Below, piece after piece: positions 1 to 9,669 of a stretch of 49,700 nt of DNA. The notes beneath the pieces were generated by a model. That model searched no databases, was not told the origin of the DNA, and worked only from the letters and a program-made list of their open reading frames with translations. Both the position numbers and the translations under genes were made by a program. Source of the DNA: Escherichia coli. Lineage in GTDB: Bacteria > Pseudomonadota > Gammaproteobacteria > Enterobacterales > Enterobacteriaceae. Each line of letters opens with the position of its first letter. Within the stretch, counting starts at the first letter, position 1. The stretch lies in NCBI RefSeq assembly GCF_003334255.1, contig NZ_QOWU01000038.1; one strand, written 5' to 3'.

Positions 1-2
1 AG

Positions 3-368
3 CTGATAGAAACAGAAGCCACTGGAGCACCTCAAAAACACCATCATACACTAAATCAGTAAGTTGGCAGCATCACCCTAGTTGCCAAACAATTAGTGCA
101 GGCCTGCCAACCTACAGAAGAATCATTAATGCCGATTGTGAGCCGCCTTGATGCAGAAAATCGTTGTCCACTGGAAGCATTAATTATTCGTCGATTATTA
201 ATTCAGGCGGCGAATTTTACCGAGAAGCAAACTGTTGAACCGGAGCCGCAACCGCAGCCAATGCCCGTTGACGATGGTGGGCCAGGCTGTCTGGGCATCA
301 TTAAAATTATTTTCTATATTTTTATCTTTGCTGGTTTGATAGGAAAAATACTCCATCTGTTCGGGTGA
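3..368 (+). pseudogene. djlB: 3' region of a DjlB-like J-protein paralog, with an in-frame TAA at 60-62; downstream frame 96-368 encodes a DjlC-like C-terminus with a hydrophobic tail
   Basis: Frame-3 translation 63-368 (..[64 protein letters not shown]) parallels the DjlC C-terminus encoded at 1738-3189 (..[55 protein letters not shown]). The same frame is open from nt 3 but hits TAA at 60-62; the track ORF starts at GTG 96. Confidence 0.5.
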
Positions 369-377
369 CAGTCGACG

Positions 378-932
378 TTAATGTGCGGGAAGCCCGGCAA
401 GTAATCTTTCCGCATTTTTGTAATGTTGTTTGGCGGCCAGTTTTAACCATTTTTGAGATTCATAATGGTTAACATTAATACCTGAGCCATTTCTGTAGAT
501 CAAACCTAAAGTATATTGAGCATGAGCATACCCTTGTTCAGCTGCTTCCTTATACCAGAGAATTGCTTTACGGGTGTCGGGTTTGACCCCCAGACCTTTG
601 AGGTAGATCCACCCCAGTTTACTTTGCGCGCGTGGATTTTCCTGTTCCGCTGATTGCTCATACCAGTATCTCGCCTGTGTATAATCCAGTGGTTTACCGT
701 CGCTACCATGAAGATAAAATTCTCCAAGGCGATATTGCGACGTTGAGTGACCATGAATCGCGGAAAGCTCCGTGGCTGCCGTGGTGAATGGAAGACTGCC
801 CGGTGAGCTTAAATAATCAAAGGCATAATTCACCATGGCTTTATCACGCAACGTCGTTTTCTTGGGTTGGCTAATACAGGTAATTGCTGCAACTATAAAA
901 ATTGCGAATATATACATTAATTTTTTATTCAT
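378..932 (-). CDS. ybeT: Sel1/TPR-like repeat protein with N-terminal signal peptide
   Basis: 184-aa ORF; hydrophobic N-terminus [19 protein letters not shown]; Sel1-type repeats ([32 protein letters not shown]); position between the two J-protein genes. Confidence 0.8.
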
Positions 933-1033
933 GTGTGAATGCTTCGATTTTCTTTTTATTTTGAAAGCGTCAAGTTTATACTCATCAATAATAAAAAAGT
1001 AGTCAGTTAATGCACTTAAGGGATTATTAACAA

Positions 1034-1741
1034 ATGAATAAGGAAGAACAATATCTTCTTTTTGCGCTTTCTGCGCCCATGGAAATACTTAATCAGGGTT
1101 GCAAACCCGCGCATGACTCGCCAAAAATGTATACTGGGATAAAAGAATTCGAGCTCTCATCATCCTGGGGAATAAATAATCGTGATGATTTAATTCAGAC
1201 TATTTATCAGATGACTGATGATGGTCATGCCAATGATTTAGCTGGCTTATATCTGACATGGCATCGCTCTTCCCCTGAAGAGTGGAAAGCATTAATTGCT
1301 GGTGGCTCGGAGAGAGGGTTGATTTATACCCAATTCGTTGCCCAAACCGCTATGTGCTGTGGGGAAGGGGGAATCAAAGCCTGGGATTATGTTCGAATGG
1401 GGTTTCTGTCACGGGTCGGTGTGCTCAACAAGTGGCTGACGGAAGAAGAGAGTTTATGGCTGCAATCGCGCGTCTATGTACGAGCTCACCATTACTATCA
1501 CAGCTGGATGCACTATTTTTCCGCCTATTCGTTAGGACGTCTCTACTGGCAATCTTCTCAGTGCGAAGACAACACTTCGCTACGCGAGGCGCTAACCCTG
1601 TACAAATACGATAGCGCCGGGAGTCGTATGTTCGAAGAGCTGGCAGCGGGAAGCGATCGTTTCTATGCCACGCTTCCCTGGCAGCCATTAACTGTCCAGT
1701 CTGAATGCCCGGTAACGCTTAAGGATGTGAGCGACCTATGA
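1034..1741 (+). CDS. ybeU: Conserved protein of unknown function (YbeU/YbeR family)
   Basis: 235-aa ORF; its stop TGA 1739-1741 overlaps the ATG of the next gene (ATGA). Confidence 0.8.
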
Positions 1742-3189
1742 AAACATGTTGGCAAATCCTCGAAATTGAAAGCACGACGCAAATAGACATTATCCGCCAG
1801 GCTTATCTTGCTCGCTTACCGTTGTGTCATCCCGAAACCGATCCGCAAGGGTTTAAAGCATTACGCCAGGCCTATGAAGAGGCCCTGCGACTGGCGGTAA
1901 ATCCTGTCGAGGAAGCAGATGATGAAGAAAAAGATGCTGCCGCTGAACATGAAATACTACGTGCATTCAGGACATTACTGGATTCAGAAAGTGATCGTTT
2001 TCAGCCTTCCGCCTGGCAGAAATTTATTCAGCAATTAAATACCTGGAACATGGAGGATGTCGATCAATTACGCTGGCCGCTGTGTGCAATCGCCATAGAA
2101 GCGCGATATCTTTCATTAAATTGTGCTTCTTTGCTGGCAGAGCGTTTGAACTGGCATTCATTTAATGACAGCGAAGGAATGGATGAGGAAGAAAGGGAGG
2201 CTTTTCTTGAGGCCATTCAGGCTGGTGATTGTTTCGATTTCCTTAGCCTTCTGGAATATCCCATTGCGTTGCAGAACCAGACTGTTGAGTATTACTTCGC
2301 GCTGGAACGTTGCTGCCGTTACCATCCTGACTATGTCACTGCGTTTTTGGCGATGGAAGGTCCGTGGTTAATTCCTGATGATGCAAAGTTACATCGCAAA
2401 CTGTTGCGCTGGTACAGCTCGGTGCAAACAGGTATGGCGGAACTCATTCCTGTCGCTCAACAGTGGCAAACGGAAGAACCAGAAAGCGAAGATGCCCGGT
2501 ATTACTTGTGTGCACAACGTTTGTACTGCGGCGAGGGGGAAAGCCTGCTTGCCGATCTCTGCGCGTACTGGGAAAGTTACCCATCTACACAAGCTGATAA
2601 TTTGTTGTTGCAGTGGAGCAAGCGTCATTGCCCGGATTATTTCGCGTTATTAGTGATGGTTATCGAAGCGCGGAGCATGGTAGATGCGCAAGGTCAACCG
2701 CTGAAATATGTTCCTGGTGAGAGCGCCCGGACGCGGCTGTTATGGGCGGAGATTTTACATAGCGGAAAATTATCGCCGTTAGGTCAATCGTTTATTGAGT
2801 CGTTATTCTTCAAGCGCAAAGCATGGGCGTGGTGGAAATCGAGAGTCGGTAGCGAGACAGAGCAAGATTCACCGTTCCTGGATTTGTATCGGGTAGCGGA
2901 ACAGGTAGTACTTGAAGCGTTTCCGAAACAAGAGATGCTGGCCCGTCTTAATACAAGGCTGGAAGGCGGAGATGCTCATCCATTAGAGGCCATTGTCACC
3001 CGGATGCTTTTGACGAAAGTGAAACTCGAGCCGGAGGATGAAGATGTCGATGAGCCAACACCTGAAAATCATGAAGAAAAAAATGATGAGGGTGAAAAAC
3101 CACAGAGCATTACCAGCATTATCAAAATCAGTTTAACGGTGCTGGTGATAGGTTATGCTCTCGGCAAAATCGCGATGTTGTTTAGCTGA
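1738..3189 (+). CDS. djlC: J-domain co-chaperone partner of HscC, with C-terminal hydrophobic tail
   Basis: 483-aa ORF; N-terminal J-domain-like region (..[33 protein letters not shown]..); acidic linker; C-terminal hydrophobic segment [17 protein letters not shown]. Confidence 0.85.
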
Positions 3190-3204
3190 CGATGTGTTTT
3201 TTGC

Positions 3205-3243
3205 GCCGATGCCGGATGCAGCGTTTACGCCGCATCCGGCAGC
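3205..3243. repeat. REP-type palindromic unit between convergent djlC and hscC
   Basis: gccgatgccggatgcagcgtttacgccgcatccggcagc; GCCGGATG..CATCCGGC palindrome. Confidence 0.6.
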
Positions 3244-3248
3244 CGTGT

Positions 3249-4919
3249 TTATGGGATCTCAATGGCTAAATAATCGCTCGCCCGCCGCCGAACTTCATCC
3301 ACGCGGGCCATATCGTTTGACTGCAACGCCGCATCAAAATCGGTGATCACCCGGCCGATCTCTTCTCGCTCGTCACCCAGCGCCCGCGCCCACAACTCTT
3401 CCAGTTTGGCTTTAAAGGTGCGATTGATGAGCATATCGCGCGGATAAATTTTCAATGCGGATAACCGCGTCCGACTCTCTTCAATCTGCTGCGCGCTCAA
3501 TGTTACCGGGCTGTGGTTAATCACTCTGGACTTAACGCTGCCGTCTTCCAGAAGCACGTCAACTTCAAGCAACCCGTTGATATCATAACTAAAGCGAATA
3601 TCAATCGACTGATAAGCCCCGGTTTTCTTCAACGGCACATCGAAGGATTCCACCAGAATGTTGTTTTTAACTTTGTGGTTTTCTCCCTGATAGACGTTAA
3701 CCGTAATTGAATCCTGTTCCGGGTGCATGGTTGAATAAGTTTCTACACGCGACACGGGCACAGTGGTGTTTCGTTCAATAATCGGCGAGAAAATGCCGGA
3801 AACGCCCTGGCGGTTAACTTCAACGCCCAACGAGTAAGGGCAAATATCAGTGAGGATTACCTCTTCAATATCTTCACTGCGTAAGCGGCAGGCGGCCTGG
3901 ATTGCTGCGCCCAGCGCGACAATGGTGCTCGGATCGTAACTTTGATACGGTAATTTGCCAAACAGACGCACGGCGATTCGCTGCACCAGCGGCATTTGTG
4001 ACGCGCCGCCAACCAGCACCAGACTGTCGATTTGACTCGGCTTCAGACGCGCATCGCGCAACGCCTGTTCAATCGGCACTCGCAAGCGATTGAGCAGCGG
4101 CAACCACAAATCTTCCAGTTCGTTCTCGTAAAATTCGCATTCCCGCGTTTCTTCCTGATACTGCCAGCGAATGTGCAATGGCGATTGATTGCTACATTTT
4201 GCCGCTTCCACACAGGCGTACAAGGCTGCCAGTTCACTCTCGTTAAGCGTGGTCCTGGCGACATCCGCGCGTTTTAAAACCTCATCGACCAGCATATGGG
4301 TAAAATCTTCGCCACCAAGAAAGTTGTCGCCAGCGGAGGCGTGAACTTCAATCACCGGCGTGGCGTACTCAAGCACCGTAACGTCAAACGTGCCGCCACC
4401 GAGATCAAACACCAGCGAACGGGTATTTTGTTGGGTATGCAGGCCATACGCCATCGCAGCTGCTGTGGGTTCATTAATTAAGCGTACCGCATTTAACCCG
4501 GCTAACTCCGCTGCTAAACGGGTATGCTTGCGTTGTTCATCGCTGAAATAAGCCGGAACGGAGATCACCACATCTTTAATCGGACGTTGCAGAAATTCTT
4601 CGGCATCTTCTTTTAATGAGCGTAATACCAAAGAGGACAGTTCTGGCGCGTTAAATGTGTCGCTGCCTAACCGCCAGTTGGTATTACTGCCCATTGCACG
4701 TTTAAATAACGCTGCCGTTTTATCCGGATGCGAAGTACGCCGTGATACAGCCGGTTTTCCGACTAAAATATGATTATTTTCATCCATGCTAATTATGGAT
4801 GGTGTTAAATATTCACCGAACTTATTTGGAATTAATTGCGCGGCACCGTCTTTCCAGACGGCAATTAAACTATTGGTAGTACCGAGATCGATACCAATGG
4901 CGAGTTCTGCATTATCTAT
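3249..4919 (-). CDS. hscC: Atypical Hsp70-family chaperone; conserved N-terminus is encoded upstream of the first ATG but no canonical in-frame start codon exists
   Basis: Track ORF 3249-4787 (512 aa) starts at an internal Met. The same frame continues upstream as QDINAIDNAELAIGIDLGTTNSLIAVWKDGAAQLIPNKFGEYLTPSIIS-MDENNH.., carrying the Hsp70 phosphate-1 motif IGIDLGTTNS. An in-frame TAA lies at 4958-4956; between it and 4787 there is no ATG, GTG or TTG, only ATA codons at 4928-4926 and 4919-4917. Confidence 0.8.
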   Translation of the reverse strand: MDNAELAIGIDLGTTNSLIAVWKDGAAQLIPNKFGEYLTPSIISMDENNHILVGKPAVSRRTSHPDKTAALFKRAMGSNTNWRLGSDTFNAPELSSLVLRSLKEDAEEFLQRPIKDVVISVPAYFSDEQRKHTRLAAELAGLNAVRLINEPTAAAMAYGLHTQQNTRSLVFDLGGGTFDVTVLEYATPVIEVHASAGDNFLGGEDFTHMLVDEVLKRADVARTTLNESELAALYACVEAAKCSNQSPLHIRWQYQEETRECEFYENELEDLWLPLLNRLRVPIEQALRDARLKPSQIDSLVLVGGASQMPLVQRIAVRLFGKLPYQSYDPSTIVALGAAIQAACRLRSEDIEEVILTDICPYSLGVEVNRQGVSGIFSPIIERNTTVPVSRVETYSTMHPEQDSITVNVYQGENHKVKNNILVESFDVPLKKTGAYQSIDIRFSYDINGLLEVDVLLEDGSVKSRVINHSPVTLSAQQIEESRTRLSALKIYPRDMLINRTFKAKLEELWARALGDEREEIGRVITDFDAALQSNDMARVDEVRRRASDYLAIEIP

Positions 4920-5002
4920 TGCATTTATATCTTGAAAGAAAAAGAGATAAACAGATTAAGACCACCCAGGTAACGCGTGGTGATCTTAATCAATGACGTG
5001 TG

Positions 5003-5938
5003 TTAAGCGTAAAATTTCAGACGATCAGCCAGTAAATCAACAAAGCCCTGACGATCAACATCGACCATTACGGTGGCATTCGGTTTATTGCCTGTCAGAT
5101 AATAATAATCAACAACCGTCATACCCTGGGTATATTTCCCCTGTGTTTCCACGCCAACCCAGCGCTCAACAGAGGTAAATAACTCCGGTTTCAACAGCCA
5201 GGCGATGGTGCATGGGTCATGCAGTGGTGCGCCGACAAAGCCCCATTTTTCGTCTTTATGATATTCGAGGAAGAAATCCAGCAGTTCGGCAACAATGGTT
5301 GAAACAGGGTTACCAATCGCGCGGAAACGCTCGGTGTCTTCAACGTGGATTTGTGCTTTATGAGTAACATCCAGACCGGCCATCACCACCGGGATCCCTG
5401 ACTGGAAGACAATTTCTGCCGCTTCCGGGTCAACGTAAATATTAAATTCAGCCGCAGGCGTCCAGTTACCCAGCCCCATAGCGCCACCCATAATCACGAT
5501 ACGGGCAATTTTGCTATGCAGTTCCGGATGGCTATTGAGCAGCAAGGCAACGTTAGTTTGCGGTCCGGTAGACACAATGGTGACAGGTTCCGCACTTTCA
5601 CGCAGCGTTTTCGCCATCAGCTCTACCGCCGTACAGTTTTGCGGTGCGAATGTCGGTTCCGGTAATGCCGGGCCGTCGAGACCGCTTTCGCCGTGCACAT
5701 TGTCCGCGATAATCAACTCACGCATTAACGGTTTTACCGCGCCGCCTGCTACCGGAATATCGGTGCGATTAAGCAAGGTCAGCATACGCAGAACATTGCG
5801 TAAGGTTTTTTCTGGTGTCTGGTTTCCGGCGGAAGACGTAATTGCTTTGACATCAAGCTCTGGTGAGGCGAGGGCGAGAACTATTGCGATAGCGTCGTCA
5901 TGACCTGGGTCGCAATCTAACAGAATTGGCAGTGCCAT
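5003..5938 (-). CDS. rihA: Pyrimidine-specific ribonucleoside hydrolase (IU-NH family)
   Basis: N-terminal [12 protein letters not shown] nucleoside-hydrolase motif; start refined to ATG 5938 (311 aa), preceded by AAGGAG; the track ORF adds 11 codons upstream. Confidence 0.9.
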
Positions 5939-6055
5939 TGTTGCTCCTTGTTGTGTGCTTCTTTGCGACAAGGGTAACGCCAGGATGTAACAGATACGAG
6001 GGGCGAAACGATAAAGCGTGAGATGGCGCGCAATTGGGTATGCGCGCCAGAGTGA

Positions 6056-6781
6056 TTAATGCAGGATTTTCGCGAGGAAGTCTTTTGCGCGGTCCGATTT
6101 CGGATCATCGAAGAAAGCGTCTTTCGGCGAGTCTTCGACAATTTTACCCTCGTCCATAAAGATCACCCGATTCGCCACTTTACGGGCAAAGCCCATTTCG
6201 TGGGTCACCACCATCATGGTCATTCCTTCGTTCGCCAGTTCCACCATCACGTCCAGTACTTCGTTGATCATCTCCGGATCCAGCGCCGATGTCGGTTCGT
6301 CAAACAGCATCGCAATAGGATCCATACACAACGCGCGAGCGATTGCCACACGCTGCTGCTGACCGCCGGAAAGCTGCGCCGGAAACTTATTGGCGTGAGC
6401 AGAAAGCCCGACACGCTCCAGCAGTTTCAGGGCTTTTTCACGAGCCGGCGCTTTATCGCGTTTAAGCACTTTCACCTGCGCCAGGGTCAGGTTTTCGATA
6501 ATCGACAGATGAGGGAACAGCTCGAAATGCTGGAATACCATCCCGACGCGGGAACGCAGCTTTGCCAGATCGGTTTTCTTGTCGTTAACCACGATACCAT
6601 CGACGGTGATTTCACCTTGCTGCACCGGTTCGAGGCCGTTGACGGTTTTAATCAGCGTTGATTTGCCGGAACCAGACGGGCCGCAAACCACCACCACTTC
6701 GCCTTTTTTCACTTCGGTTGAGCAGTCGGTCAGCACCTGAAAGTGACCATGCCATTTTGAAACATTTTTCAGGGTAATCAT
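6056..6781 (-). CDS. gltL: Glutamate/aspartate ABC transporter ATP-binding subunit
   Basis: Walker [13 protein letters not shown] signature LSGGQQQR, Walker [12 protein letters not shown]. Confidence 0.9.
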   Translation of the reverse strand: MITLKNVSKWHGHFQVLTDCSTEVKKGEVVVVCGPSGSGKSTLIKTVNGLEPVQQGEITVDGIVVNDKKTDLAKLRSRVGMVFQHFELFPHLSIIENLTLAQVKVLKRDKAPAREKALKLLERVGLSAHANKFPAQLSGGQQQRVAIARALCMDPIAMLFDEPTSALDPEMINEVLDVMVELANEGMTMMVVTHEMGFARKVANRVIFMDEGKIVEDSPKDAFFDDPKSDRAKDFLAKILH

Positions 6782-7455
6782 TATGCTGTCCTTCTTTTCA
6801 AGTAGCTGACCAACAACGACGCGCTAAGACTAATAACGAAATAAACAAATCCGGCAAACAGGATCATCTCAACCTGCGTACCATCACGCTCACCAATGGT
6901 TGAGGCGGTACGGAAGAAATCGGCCAGGGATAACACATACACCAGTGAGGTATCCTGGAACAGTACGATGCCCTGAGTGAGCAGCAGCGGCACCATCGCG
7001 CGGAACGCCTGCGGCAGAATAATCAGTTTCATCGACTGCCAGTGAGTCATTCCCAACGCCAGCGCGGCGCTCGATTGACCACGAGAAATACTTTGAATAC
7101 CAGCACGGATAATCTCTGAATAGTAGGCCGCTTCAAACATCGAAAACGCCACCATCGCCGAAATTAAACGGATATCATTTTTTGGCGATAATCCCAGCAC
7201 GTTTTGCAGAAAACCCGGCACGATCAGGTAAAACCACAGCAAAACCATAACTAAAGGAATCGAGCGGAATACGTTAACGTAGGCTTTGGCAAACCACGCC
7301 ACGGGCGCAAAGCTGGATAAACGCATCACCGCCAGCATCGTGCCCCACAAAATACCAATCACTACCGCCGTGACGGTGATTTTCAGGGTGATCACCAGCC
7401 CGTCGAGCAGATATGGCAGGGAAGGGACAATGGAACTCCAGTCAAACTCGTACAT
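6781..7455 (-). CDS. gltK: Glutamate/aspartate ABC transporter permease
   Basis: 224-aa polytopic membrane protein; stop overlaps gltL start (TAATG). Confidence 0.9.
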
Positions 7456-8195
7456 TATTTGCCCCCCATGTTGCCAGGCAGGCGAACTTTACGTTCAACC
7501 AGCGTCATCACCAGCATGATAAAAGCGTTAATCAACACATACGCCAGCGTAATGGCGGTAAACGACTCCCAGGCATGGGCTGAGTAATCGAGCAATTTAC
7601 CCGCCTGCGCCGCCATATCCACCAGACCGATAGTCGAGGCGATGGCGGAGTTTTTCACCAGGTTCATCATCTCTGAGGTCATCGGCGGGACGATAACGCG
7701 ATAAGCATTAGGCAGCAGTACGTATCGATAAGCCTGCGGTAGCGTCAGGCCCATCGCCAGCGCGGCATTTTTTTGCCCTCGCGGCAGCGACTGAATCGCG
7801 GCGCGTACCTGTTCGCAAACACGGGCGGCGGTAAACAGCCCCAGGCAGAGCATGGATGAAAGGAAAAACTGAATATTGGGATCCAGCTCGGCCTTAAACC
7901 ACATGCCGATTTTCTCCGGCAGCAGCTCCGGGATCACCAGATACCAGGTAAAGAATTGCACAATCAACGGCACGTTGCGGAACAGTTCGACATACAACGT
8001 ACCCAGACCAGAGAGAAAACGGTTTGGAACGGTACGTAAAATGCCGAAAAATGAACCGACGAGGAAAGCGATAATCCAGGCGCAGATCGACAAAGCGATC
8101 GTCACCTGAAAACCACTCCAGATCCAACCAAGATAGGTGGTGTTGCCGAACGGGGCTTGTTGTAAAAAAATACCCCAGTTCCAGTCTATAGACAT
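7455..8195 (-). CDS. gltJ: Glutamate/aspartate ABC transporter permease
   Basis: 246-aa membrane protein; stop overlaps gltK start (TAATG); GGAG 8 nt upstream of ATG 8195. Confidence 0.9.
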
Positions 8196-8202
8196 AAATC
8201 TA

Positions 8203-8242
8203 CTCCAGAAAAAAGAGGGTAGCAGCGTTAACTGCTACCCTC
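8203..8242 (-). terminator. Intrinsic terminator/attenuator hairpin between gltI and gltJ
   Basis: Perfect 11-bp stem gagggtagcag/ctgctaccctc (8215-8225 / 8232-8242), loop cgttaa, followed on the minus strand by TTTTTT (8214-8209) that runs directly into the gltJ ribosome-binding site. Confidence 0.7.
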
Positions 8243-8370
8243 GAAGATTGTTACCCAGCGTATTGCGGTTTTCAGGCCCGATGGGGAACGACCATCAGGC
8301 GTATAGTCTGTCCGTGCTACGTAACAATCGAGAGGGCTGGAATTTCCGCCCCTGGTTCTTGTAATTAGTT
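8209..8370 (-). ncRNA. sroC: gltI 3'UTR-derived small RNA (SroC-like)
   Basis: Positional: the gltI-gltJ spacer ending at the hairpin terminator is where SroC is described in E. coli; the 5' end is not determinable from sequence alone. Confidence 0.45.
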
Positions 8371-9273
8371 CAGTGCCTTGTCATTCGGTTCTTTGAACAG
8401 TGCTTTCATTTCGTCTGACAGTTCGAAATTCATGTTCAGGTTTTTCGGCGGAATTGGATTTTTGAACCACTTATCAAACCATTTTTCCGCTTCACCGGAG
8501 GTCTGCACCTGAGCGATGGTGTCATCCATCAGCTTTTTGAACTGCGGATCATCTTTACGCAACATACAACCGTAGGCCTCCTGAGACTGCGGCTTGCCGA
8601 CGATTTCCCAGTTGTCTGGTTTCTTCGCTTTCGCACGTTCACCGGCCAGCAGAGCGTCATCCATCATAAAGGCAACGGCACGACCGCTTTCCAGGGTGCG
8701 GAAAGAGTCACCGTGATCTTTGGCGCTGATGATGCGCATATTCATTTTTTGCTCTTCATTCAGTTTGTTGAGCAAAACTTCAGAGGTAGTGCCGGAAGTG
8801 ACGACTACGGCTTTGTCTTTCAGGTTGGCAAAATCTTTGATATCGCCACCCTTTTTGGTCAACAGGCGCGTACCGACCACGAAAATAGTGTCAGAGAAAG
8901 CCGCCTGTTTTTGGCGTTCGACGTTGTTGGTGGTAGAACCACATTCAAAATCGAAAGTGCCGTTTTGCAGCAGTGGAATACGGTTTTGTGAGGTAATCGG
9001 AATCAGTTTTACCTGCAAGTCCGGTTTGTTGAGTTTCTTTTTCACTGCTTCAACAATGGCGTTGGAGTAATCCTGCGAGTAACCCACCACTTTTTGCTGA
9101 TTGTCGTAATAAGAGAAAGGCACTGAAGATTCACGGTGACCGACGACAATCACACCGTTTTTGGCGATTTTGTCCAGAGTACTGCCCGCTGCCGGGGCGG
9201 CGTCATCTGCCTGTGCCAGTCCTGCGGAAAGCGCCAGGGCGAGGATTGCTGTGGCAGGTTTACGTAATTGCAT
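8365..9273 (-). CDS. gltI: Periplasmic glutamate/aspartate-binding protein
   Basis: Start refined to ATG 9273 (MQLRKPATAILALALSAGLAQA signal peptide) with AAGGAG upstream; the track ORF extends 25 codons further. Confidence 0.9.
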   Translation of the reverse strand: MQLRKPATAILALALSAGLAQADDAAPAAGSTLDKIAKNGVIVVGHRESSVPFSYYDNQQKVVGYSQDYSNAIVEAVKKKLNKPDLQVKLIPITSQNRIPLLQNGTFDFECGSTTNNVERQKQAAFSDTIFVVGTRLLTKKGGDIKDFANLKDKAVVVTSGTTSEVLLNKLNEEQKMNMRIISAKDHGDSFRTLESGRAVAFMMDDALLAGERAKAKKPDNWEIVGKPQSQEAYGCMLRKDDPQFKKLMDDTIAQVQTSGEAEKWFDKWFKNPIPPKNLNMNFELSDEMKALFKEPNDKALN

Positions 9274-9669
9274 ATCCAACTCCTTTATCTTCTGCGTTAA
9301 GAACGCATGGATACCCGTTGTGAGTGTTTGTGTTGTTATCGTCTGCAACTTTATTGTGCAGTGTTGTGCCTGTTAGGTAACATTTAGTTTGGCTAAATGT
9401 AAAGATATTGCTGTTTTATTGTTTGTTTTTGCGAGATGCGCCGCACCATTCCGAAGCAAAATTCTTAAAATGCACTCTTTTAGTGCTACCGCTGGATTAC
9501 TGTGGTGCAACTAGGTTGTACTGATGCTGATTCAGGGTTTGCCTTGTATAACAAAGCAATAGATGTGCCAAAGTTGGATAGGAGAATATTGTTATCCGGA
9601 TAATGCACTGATGCCGCATCCGGTGAGCGTGCCGAAATATGGGATGTATTCCGGCACGATAAGAAGGGA

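Noticed and set aside
96-368. Stand-alone 90-aa gene starting at GTG 96
   Set aside because: As an independent gene this is unlikely: similarity to the DjlC C-terminus appears to begin upstream of the GTG, directly after the TAA at 60-62, so I treat it as the orphaned 3' part of djlB. It remains in the features as a pseudogene or fragment.
5939-5971. N-terminal extensions proposed by the ORF track for rihA (also gltI, fldA, seqA, pgm, asnB, kdpA, kdpC, kdpD, ybfE, ybfG)
   Set aside because: In each case a downstream start with a good Shine-Dalgarno gives the conserved N-terminus (signal peptide, catalytic Cys2, FMN loop and so on); the extensions lack ribosome-binding sites.
6059-6661. 200-aa ORF on the plus strand, rich in His, Arg and Phe
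   Set aside because: Lies entirely antisense within gltL, whose ABC-ATPase motifs are unambiguous; its composition is typical of a shadow ORF.
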